A program made the position numbers and the translations under genes. From the NCBI GenBank assembly GCA_964187785.1, contig OZ076409.1, positions 94,428,001 through 94,492,000 on the forward strand: a stretch of 64,000 bases of DNA, read 5' to 3'. Within the stretch, counting starts at the first letter, position 1, and every line of letters starts with the position of its first letter. The DNA is from Amphiscolops sp. MND2022. Taxonomy: Eukaryota. Below, piece by piece: positions 23,553-33,012 of this stretch. The notes under the pieces were generated by a model. It was given only the letters and a program-made list of their open reading frames with translations. It was not told the DNA's origin and did not search any database.

Positions 23553-26500
23553 ATGAACACAACGAATACCAAATATTGTGAAGTGTGTGATAAACACATT
23601 CACACAGCATCCTTCTCGAGACATGAGAAATCTAAAATTCATTTACACAATATTGGCGTTGTACCGGGAGACCCTATACAACGAAGGGCGCGATCGGTCC
23701 CAACACTAAAACAATTAGCGAGAGCTAAAGTCAATCTCTCAGAAAAAGAGTTGGCAAAACATATGATAAATCCATACTACTTCTCTAAAAGATATGAACC
23801 TCAATATGATGTTAATCTTGATCAACACCACCCCAAACACTTAAATAGTAAGATAACTGTCAAACCTAAATATGATCTCCCTATTGAATTGCTCGATCTG
23901 AATAATATCTTCAAAGAAATGTCAGCAATATATGCTAGGTTAATTGAGCAATATAAATTCAAATATCAAGTTGTCTTCTCAGTTATTTTCGATAAGGAGA
24001 CTCGAGATGAGTTAGAACAGTATGTTAGTTTGGAGGTCAATCAGAGTTTAACTTGGAATGATATTGAAAAGTATGATCTAGAAGGAAAAACAAATGCATT
24101 GATTGAAAATCTGGAGATGAAAGATAGTGGTTGGAGATTCTGTAAAATTGCATCGATGACTATATACTTTTATAAAACTGTTGAACTGAATGGTAGCAGT
24201 TATGTTAAAATACCTCTTAGAAGCGCTGCTATTTTAAACATTGAAAATAATGATAAGTACTGTTTTCTATGGAGCATCTTAGCTCACCTTCATCCTTGTG
24301 AGAATTCTCACCCTAATAGAGTTTCAAACTATCGAGAATATTTTAGAGAATTGAAAACAGATGGATTGGAATTCCCTTTTAAAACATCAGATGTTTCTAA
24401 ATTTGAAAAGATGAATAATCTAGCTATTAATATATTTGAGTTACAGTTCTATCAAGAGGGGGAAAAGTGGAAACATAAATTGATTCCTATTGAGGTTAGT
24501 GAGAACAATTCAGAAACAGTGATTGATTTGGTGATATATAAAAATCACTATGCCCTCATTAAAAAACTTCATGTATTCTTAGGAAAAAGGGATTCAAAAT
24601 TTGTTTGTCGTCGATGTCTAAGTTGCTTTACAAATGAAAACGTTTTGGTGAAACATACTGAAAGATGTAAGCAACAAGATATCACAGCTATCAGAGTTAG
24701 CAAGGATAGTCATTTAATGTGGAAGAAGCACTTTCATAAGATCCCACTATATTTCAGGATCTATGGTGATTTCGAATGTAATAATAAAAGAGAATATTCT
24801 AACATAGGTAATAAAACCACAAACATTTTCAGACAAAATCCAATGTGTAATGGATTTTACATAGTATCTGAGATGGATAATGTTCTACAGTCTGGATGGC
24901 ATCTCTCGCCCTTTGGAGAGGATAATGTTGAATGGTTTGTTAATGAAGTCATAAAGATTGAGAATAAGATGAATTTCTATTTTAAGAATACAAAGAAAGA
25001 GATTATGATGACTCAAGAAGATGAGGAAGATTTTAAGAATAGTACTCATTGTTGGTTCTGTGAACTTCCCTTAGATGGGAGAGCTGTCAGAGATCATTGT
25101 CATCTGACTGGTAGGTATCGAGGGGCTGCACATGAAAAGTGTAATATAAATGTGAAACAGAAACAGAGTAATTTCATACCATTCGTGTTTCACAACTTCA
25201 GTAACTACGACTGTCACTTGTTCTTTAAAACATTGATTGATAAAAAATCAGATAATGTTCCCCTTCATGTCATACCCAAGACAAATGAGGAATATATATC
25301 AATTTCATATGGTTGTATTAGATTTATAGATTCATATAGATTTTTATCAAGTAGTTTAGATGGGTTGGTTAAAACAGTTGATGAGTTGACAATTCTGAAG
25401 AGAGAGTTTCCTGATAATTGGGAGCTGTTGAGTAAGAAGTTGGCGTACCCATATGAATATTTTAAATCTCTTGATGATTATCAGTTGTCAGTTAAAGATC
25501 TTGTAAAAGAGGATTACTTCAGTAGATTGAAAAATGGATATCCTCAAGATAGTGAGATTCAGAGAACAAATGAAATCATTGAAACTTTTAAGATTAAAAC
25601 TGGAAAGGAGTTGACTGAGTTGTATTTGAAAACTGATGTTGTTTTGTTAGCAGATGTGTTTGAGAAGTTCATAAAGGTATCATTAAACGAATTTAAAATC
25701 AATCCGTTATATTGTGTTAGTCTTCCTGGATATACTTGGGAATGTGGATTGAAATATACTGGGATTAATTTGCAAACACTTCAAGATAAAGATATGATCT
25801 TAATGTTAGAGAATAATATTAGAGGTGGGATTTCATCTGTTATGGGGGATAGATATGTTAAATCAGATGAAAACAAAAAGATTTTATATATTGATGCTAA
25901 TAATCTATATGGGTGGGCAATGAGTCAGTATTTGCCATATGATGATATAAAATTTGATGGTAATGTTAAGTTGGAAGATATATTAGATACACCTGATGAT
26001 AGTGAGGTTGGGTATTTTGTTGAAGTTGACTTGAAATATCCTGAGGGGATAAGAGAGAAGACTGTGAACTTCCCATTCTGTCCAGATAATAAGTTTTCAC
26101 CTCAAGATAAGTTTACTGAGTATATGAAAAAAATGAAGCAGGATAGTTATGCTAAATGTAAAAAGTTAATATGTGATTGGACTGACAAGAAAAAGTATCT
26201 GATACATTATCGAATGTTGAAGTTTTATGTGAGACATGGTATGATTGTTGAGAAAGTTCATGAAGTGATTTCTTTTAAGCAGAGTAAGTGGTTGGAGAAG
26301 TACATTGATTTCAATACTCAGAAAAGAAATAGGACGAAAAATGATTTTGAGAAAGATTTTTACAAACTATTAAACAATGCGTTCTATGGAAAGACAATGG
26401 AGAATGTGCGAAATAGAACTAAGATCGAGTTCATTAAAAAAGATGAAGAAGAGAAGATGGTGAAGTGGCAATCTAAGTTGACGTTTAATGGGATCCATAA

Positions 26501-27128
26501 GTGTTATGAGAAATATGATAGTTTCACGTTTAAGATGAATGAGGTTCTGATGGATAAGCCAATATATCTTGGATTTAGTGTGTTAGAGTTGAGCAAGTTA
26601 TTGATGTATGAAACGTACTATGATAAATTTCAACCTTACTTTGGGAAAGAGAATATTCAACTTCACTATACCGACTGTGACAGCATGGTATTAAGTATTA
26701 AAACTGAGGATATCATTAACGACTTACAAAATCTCAAAGATTTATTTGATTTCAGCAATTTAAACAGAGAGCATCAATTGTTTAGTGATGAAAATAAAAA
26801 AGTAGTTGGTAAATTTAAAATTGAAACGACTGGAAGTATTTGGATTGATGAATTTGTTTGTTTGAGAAGTAAAGCATATTCTTATAGATGTGGAGGTGAA
26901 AGTTCTAACAAACTAAAAGGTATCTCAAAATCTCAGAGTAAGAATATTAAATTTGAAGAGTATTACAACTGTTTATTTGGGGGTGATTATCAAAGAGAAT
27001 GTGAAAATTTTGTAATTAGATCTATAGATCATGATATGTTTCTTCAAAAGGTTACAAAGAATTCTTTATCTGCATTTGATGAGAAGCGATGTTATTTGAA
27101 TAATATTGAGAGTATCCCTTGGATGTAA
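23553..27128 (+). CDS. Protein-primed family B DNA polymerase (pPolB), 1191 aa
   Basis: Exonuclease motifs YGDFE, FHNFSNYD, YLKTDV; polymerase motifs YIDANNLYG, KLLNNAFYGK, YTDCDS; inserted endonuclease-VII-like DHCHLTGRYRGAAHEKCN; Cys/His (DKYCFLWS...HYALIK) module upstream. Confidence 0.97.
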   Translation: MNTTNTKYCEVCDKHIHTASFSRHEKSKIHLHNIGVVPGDPIQRRARSVPTLKQLARAKVNLSEKELAKHMINPYYFSKRYEPQYDVNLDQHHPKHLNSKITVKPKYDLPIELLDLNNIFKEMSAIYARLIEQYKFKYQVVFSVIFDKETRDELEQYVSLEVNQSLTWNDIEKYDLEGKTNALIENLEMKDSGWRFCKIASMTIYFYKTVELNGSSYVKIPLRSAAILNIENNDKYCFLWSILAHLHPCENSHPNRVSNYREYFRELKTDGLEFPFKTSDVSKFEKMNNLAINIFELQFYQEGEKWKHKLIPIEVSENNSETVIDLVIYKNHYALIKKLHVFLGKRDSKFVCRRCLSCFTNENVLVKHTERCKQQDITAIRVSKDSHLMWKKHFHKIPLYFRIYGDFECNNKREYSNIGNKTTNIFRQNPMCNGFYIVSEMDNVLQSGWHLSPFGEDNVEWFVNEVIKIENKMNFYFKNTKKEIMMTQEDEEDFKNSTHCWFCELPLDGRAVRDHCHLTGRYRGAAHEKCNINVKQKQSNFIPFVFHNFSNYDCHLFFKTLIDKKSDNVPLHVIPKTNEEYISISYGCIRFIDSYRFLSSSLDGLVKTVDELTILKREFPDNWELLSKKLAYPYEYFKSLDDYQLSVKDLVKEDYFSRLKNGYPQDSEIQRTNEIIETFKIKTGKELTELYLKTDVVLLADVFEKFIKVSLNEFKINPLYCVSLPGYTWECGLKYTGINLQTLQDKDMILMLENNIRGGISSVMGDRYVKSDENKKILYIDANNLYGWAMSQYLPYDDIKFDGNVKLEDILDTPDDSEVGYFVEVDLKYPEGIREKTVNFPFCPDNKFSPQDKFTEYMKKMKQDSYAKCKKLICDWTDKKKYLIHYRMLKFYVRHGMIVEKVHEVISFKQSKWLEKYIDFNTQKRNRTKNDFEKDFYKLLNNAFYGKTMENVRNRTKIEFIKKDEEEKMVKWQSKLTFNGIHKCYEKYDSFTFKMNEVLMDKPIYLGFSVLELSKLLMYETYYDKFQPYFGKENIQLHYTDCDSMVLSIKTEDIINDLQNLKDLFDFSNLNREHQLFSDENKKVVGKFKIETTGSIWIDEFVCLRSKAYSYRCGGESSNKLKGISKSQSKNIKFEEYYNCLFGGDYQRECENFVIRSIDHDMFLQKVTKNSLSAFDEKRCYLNNIESIPWM

Positions 27129-27231
27129 TGTGAATATCCTTGAGTTTGAGTAATAACTAAATAGTATAGAAAGGGGGATTTGATATTAACTTGAAGGGTG
27201 AGCAATTGAGTGATGGGGCGAAGCGGAGCGG

Positions 27232-27418
27232 AGTAGTGTATATAATCGTATTTGACATTAGCGCGAAGGTCACCATGAGTGGAGCGAAGCGAAGCGAATG
27301 GTGAAGCAAGTGGGGGAGGTTGAAGAGTGAGCAGCTGAGCGAAGCGAGGCTGTGAGCGATGAGGCCGAGCCACGCTTGCGCCTTCGCGCTGGTGTCAAAT
27401 ACGATTATATACACTACT
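27232..27418. repeat. Right terminal inverted repeat, internally palindromic (38-bp arms)
   Basis: AGTAGTGTATATAATCGTATTTGACA-TT-AGCGCGAAGG ... CCTTCGCGCT-GG-TGTCAAATACGATTATATACACTACT. Confidence 0.93.
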
Positions 27419-27796
27419 GTCATAGCAAAGTCATTGAATCTTTTTTTATGGCATCTAAAATTCGTCTTTTGGGAATATTATACAAAGTGCATATAACGTC
27501 AACCTGTGCAGCTAAAACATCAGAGTATCGTATGGAAATCTGCTATGTAAAAGTTGAACGTTATCAGTTTCTTCTGAAATTATCAAATCGCTTCACATCT
27601 TTCATCATCTATGGAAAGGGTACGTGCGCCATGGTTCAGATTGGAGCATTTTCTTGTCTCGCTAATGGTGTTGTATCTTCGTGGAAGCGTTATTTAACCA
27701 ATCCATTATTTTTTCAGTTTTAGTGTCATTCTATCGTTTAACTCTTCAGAAACAACTTTCATACTCTATTAAACCTGTCTCCTTCCTGAGAGTTCG

Positions 27797-28168
27797 TTTT
27801 TTAGTCGGCGCTTTTCTTAAGAAAAGAGTCGACTATAGTCATGGCTTTTCGTCAGTGTTTTTTTTAAAGACCAAAATAGACCTGAACTGACCAAAATAGT
27901 TCTACCAAAAGTTCTACAAAATTTACAGAAGACGCCAAAATGTACCTGGTGGCCCAAGGAACTGAACCAAAAAGGTTTCCCGCGTAACATACAATACCGG
28001 ACGAGACCAAAGGGTCCTCTCTTTCAGTTTTTTAGGCATTGTGGGACTTTTTTCGAAAAATTTTTTTTCGTAAAAGAGTTTCCAATTCACCAATACTTGG
28101 AGATTTGAAGTCCTTTTGCTATTTTTGAGCCTTGGATATGGCGCCGACTTGGGCCGTTCCTGGCTTGT
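27797..28168 (-). mobile_element. HINE-like repeat, copy 2
   Basis: Reverse complement of the copy 1 termini: TTTTTTAGTCGGCGCTT ... GGCGCCGACTTGGGCCGTTCCTGGCTTGT. Confidence 0.6.
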
Positions 28169-28697
28169 CTTCTTTTCCAACGTCTTGTAAGCCTTACTTT
28201 CTCATAATGGACATCTCTCTTGATTTCTGACAACGGATTTTCCTTTATTCATCAACGGAGCTTTGGCGCCAGCTCACTGCAAGAAATAAACTCGCTACTG
28301 CACCTGTTGAGTGAAACGAATATCTCAAAACCCTCTGACCTTTGTCAAGTTTTTAGTGGAACATCAAGTAGCATGATATAACCATTCGAACCTTGTGACG
28401 TGCCCATTAAACCATGTAAAATGTCTAGACTATATGAGTACATGACTGGGATATTTGATATAAACTATATTCCCCCAACGATTTCACGTTTATATTCACA
28501 ATCTGATTTGTATTTCGAGTCAAATAGTGAATACCTTCTACCTCTTTAAGTTGTACTTCAATCTAGACACAATACTGCAGCTCTGTTAGCGTCAACTTTG
28601 AAACATGCATCAACTGCAGAAACTGCATCAACCCAGTTTTTCATCGTATAAGACCATCTCAATCTAAAATAGAAATTGAAACCGAAACAAATTTTAA

Positions 28698-29255
28698 AAC
28701 AAGCCGAGAACGGCCAAAGTCAGCGCCATATCTAAGGCTCAAAATTTAAAAGGGGGACCCTTCGGGCTTTGTGAAACTCCAGCTGGTTGCAAAAAACTTT
28801 AAAAAAATCGAAGGGGGGACCCTTTGGAGACATGAAAAAATTTCCTAAAATTTTTTTTTCAATGCGATTTTTGAACAGTGTCACAGTGCCGAAAAATGTA
28901 AAAGGGGGGACCCTTTGCGATTTTTTGACATCCATTATGTTGCAAAATATCGAAACAAATGAAGGGGGACCCTCTGGTGCAATCCAAAAAACTTCAAAAA
29001 AAAGTTGCATAGTTCCGAAAAAAAGTGGGGCTAAGGTGGGATCTTTAGTGTGTTTTCGAGGTTGTGGACGTCTGTTTCGTTTTTTCTTTTCGTTTTGGAC
29101 GCGCTTCTGAGGTTGGAGTTGTTGAGGTTTGAAGTTGTTGAGGTTTGAGGTTGTTGAAAACAAATGAACAAAAAAGTGGACCTTTCGTCTCTAAAAAAAA
29201 CTACCCACTGTAATAGTCGGCAACATTTTCTTCTAAAATGCGCCGACTAAAAAAA
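28698..29255 (+). mobile_element. HINE-like repeat, copy 3, with internal AAGGGGGACCC subrepeats
   Basis: AACAAGCCGAGAACGGCC...; 3' hairpin TAGTCGGCA...TGCGCCGACTA followed by an A run. Confidence 0.6.
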
Positions 29256-32200
29256 CAAGTACTTTAACTGGTGCGACCAAGTTCGTCTCTTTCTTTCACA
29301 ATTTCTTCTGTACTAGCCACTTCTTGATGGTTCTATGTTCAATATCGGTGGAAGCCTTTCTTCTGTACTAATCACTCTGTGATTCAGCTTCTCTGTCGTT
29401 ACTCCTTTCTCTATTCTTCTGCAATACAGTTCGACTTTTTTGTCGGTACATATTTTCTGTACTAGCCTGGAAAACAGTTCGAAAATTTTTGTCGGTACAT
29501 CCAAATCCATTCTCTACAGACCACAATACGTTTCTGAATCGACATTCCTGTCGGTACCACACAATTCCACTTTTCCTTTAATGCCTCTTATGAGTGATCT
29601 TGTTTGTATTTTTTGGAAAGTTTTTTTTAAATCTTTTTCGCTTTTTTGAAATAGTTGCTCTTGTTATCGACAGAATCCTTCTGGAGTTCATCACTCGTTA
29701 AATCTCCGCACTTTTTCCATTCTTTCCACTTCCATCATTCTTTTCACTTCGTTCAATTTTGCAATGCTTGTCTTATTATTATTTCTTCTGATTGAAAAAA
29801 ATAGTAGAATCCCTGTTTCACCAACTCTTTTCTCTACATTCCCTAGCTTTTTTTTCCTCGATTCACTCTAAGACTCTCCAAACCCTTAACATGATATTTT
29901 GCATCTTCATTTTCAATTCCAAACACCAACTATCTTTCCTATAGCTCATATTAACTTTATCCGTCTTTTAACACTACCTCGTTTTCTACACATTTCTCAT
30001 CACCAAACCACGTTAAACTCACCTCACAACCAACCTTTCAAAATATCTCTCTGAACAATCCTCCAAAAATTCCCAAGAACCTTTTTTTCTAGAATATTCC
30101 TCGTTTCGCTTGTACCATTCATCTCATTTTCATTTTTGTTCACAATCTTTTTGGCGATTACCAAATTTCCAACAACCTATTTCTTTTCAAACAACGCCTC
30201 TTTTCCAATGCCCAAGATTTCGAATTTGTCCTGATGTTCCTCTCATTCGTGAACTCCTTGACGCATAACGATTTTATTGGCTACCAATCTTTTCTTGAAA
30301 CTCCTGATAATCCCGCTTTTTCAATCCTTTCTAACAGGTCATCCTTAAACTCTGAATTCATAAAAAAGAACATCTACCCTCTGAACAAATATATGTCTAT
30401 TGCACATCAGCATTCCTTAATCAACTTTTTGGGAAAAAGAAGCTCCTTTCTTAACATACTTTTACACCTTCCTCTGTTCAGTCATTCCTCCAAAAGGAAA
30501 CGCTCTTCGAAGTTCCAAATACCAAAAAACCTCTTTCCGATGATAACAACCCTCATCGATGACTTCAAAGCAATGTATTAGTTATCCATCAATTTAGATA
30601 CCAAATTTTCCTAAATCTCACCCCAATCACCAGTGCAAATAAACAAACTCAACCTTATTCTGTTTTTCAGACAAAGTTTTTTGATGTAACTACAAACTAA
30701 TTTGTGATACGAAGTAACAAGATAACTCACAAATCTTCCCCTCACAATTCCAAAATGATGTACTTTTCCCTAATATCATCACTAATGAGTATAAACACCC
30801 TGAATGCTTAAAACCCTGAAGTTTTGAACATAGTCCGACGTTTCTCTTTACAACCTTATATCCACCTAAATTGCTACACATGCCATTGGCAACCCTCTTC
30901 ATGATCTGGATCCCCTCATCCGCCCGCCTCCAGTAACAACTCAACCAATCATCTCGAAGGTATAACATTCAACTTCTCCTTTCGCATTCCTCAAGAACCC
31001 TTTTCAAATCAAACTTTGAACCTCGTTCTCTCCTATCGTTTTCCAGTTCCCATTACTCCTATTACTCAACACTTAACTTCTAAGATAATATAAACCCAAT
31101 TTTTCTCGTCTACCATTTTTAACCCGCAACTTCAATCTTCTGTTTATCAACGAACTTTTTCACAACCACCGCGAAATATTTTTTCTTCACAGGCGTATTA
31201 CAACCTTTATGCCTCCATCAAACTTTCTTTTCAAAACTGACAACAACTCAAACTACACAACCTTTTGTCCCGCCAAAACCTCTTCCACCTACTCTTACCT
31301 ATTACCTGTAATTTCAAAACCCTCAACAACTATCGCACAAAATTTTACAAACGACTCCATCCGTACAACTTACTGCTCTCTCTGCTCAACTAAAAAGTTG
31401 TATGTCTTGGATCACACTCATCAACCCGAAAATTCATGGAAAAGCTTACTGCATTAGTTGAATTCAACCTTGTACCTCAACGTTCAGACACCGAATCCAA
31501 TTGAACATCGCTCTTTCGACGTATGTCTTTCATTTACTGTTCCCTTAAAGGAACAGTCTCAAACTGGTTGGATCGCCTACCGCAAAGTTTAAAACGTCGT
31601 TGGTCTACATTCCTACAGAGTTTCAAAAAACAAGTTCTTTTCTCAAAAGAATGCATACCATGCTCAACCTAAAGCGCTTTCTCCCCATAAAAAGGTCAAT
31701 TGAAGTGTTCATCTTTATGGCTGAAAAGTTGAAAAAATTGGTGTACAAGGATGTTACAATGAGTACCCATGCACTAGTTATCTCAAATACATTTAATTTT
31801 TTTTCGCGGTCTCTCGAAGCGGATAAACGACTTCGTTGGTAAAAGCCACCATGTCGACCAAATTTCCAGTTTTCTTGAATCGTCCATTCCATTTCATTCT
31901 CTTTTTAATGTGTAAAGCCTGAAGATTTTATAGTTGAAAAGGTTTGAATCGGAGAACTTTTTTCAGGGATTCAATTGATTCTCTGACACTTAACAACAAA
32001 TGCTTCCATTACTGATAACTACTGAAAGTCCCCTCAACTGCAAGGTATAGACCTCAATAACGAATCGAACCAGAAAATGAAAAAAAAATTGTTGCTTCTG
32101 TCGTGAAAATTAACACTTTTGTATCCACGTACTATCGTCGCTCAAAGCTCCTAAAGATACTCATAAAGTCTCGATCTTAAGCTTCAACGCCTTTGTTTCA

Positions 32201-32812
32201 TCAACACAATTAATCTTCGCATCATAATGCATCTCATAATCAATTTCTTGCTATCGAAGTACATCAATCGACAAGAAATCATTTCTCCAAAAGTCGATGC
32301 TCCTCACGCTCGAAATCACGCTGAAACTCAAATCATATTTACTTTGACCGGCCCAAATTTCATGACACCTCTAACTATCATCAATTTCTTTATACCGTTT
32401 CTCTGAATGTGATAAAAATATCCAGATATGATCAGTATGACAAAAGATCTCCGTCTGACATGCATTAAAATAAAAGATCATTGTAACTCGTGAACGTTCA
32501 TCTAGTTATAACAACTTCGCCTCTCGACAAGACAAATCAGTTAATGAACCTGCTTCAAAAACAAACCGAGAACTCAAACTCAAACCCTACTTTTAGATCC
32601 TACTAATAATGTCACTCAACATACTCATCAAAAGTCCAGTAAGCAATCTCCAACAGAACCATAATTTGAAGTTAACTTGTATCAACTAAAATACCTTTCA
32701 ACCCTCCTGAAATCAACTTTCATGGAAACACATATTCCCACGCAAAGGCCCAAATTCCGTCACGTGATCTGATAAGCTCTACTTCAAATCTCTTGAAGAT
32801 AAGTTGCTATCT

Positions 32813-33012
32813 NNNNNNNNNNNNNNNNNNNNNNNNNNNNNNNNNNNNNNNNNNNNNNNNNNNNNNNNNNNNNNNNNNNNNNNNNNNNNNNNNNNNNNNN
32901 NNNNNNNNNNNNNNNNNNNNNNNNNNNNNNNNNNNNNNNNNNNNNNNNNNNNNNNNNNNNNNNNNNNNNNNNNNNNNNNNNNNNNNNNNNNNNNNNNNNN
33001 NNNNNNNNNNNN
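32813..33012. other. Assembly gap (200 N)
   Basis: N run. Confidence 1.

Larger units (their letters stand above)
11801..27418 (+). mobile_element. Full-length Polinton/Maverick (adintovirus-like endogenous virus), 15,618 bp
   Basis: Termini AGTAGT...ACTACT; 6-bp TSD GTCATA at 11795-11800 and 27419-27424; encodes pPolB, integrase, ATPase, protease, MCP and mCP. Confidence 0.97.

Noticed and set aside
11110..28168. Inverted HINE copies 1 and 2 as outer TIRs of a larger composite element around the Polinton
   Set aside because: The Polinton has its own TSD, the two copies differ internally, and the family is common in the window.
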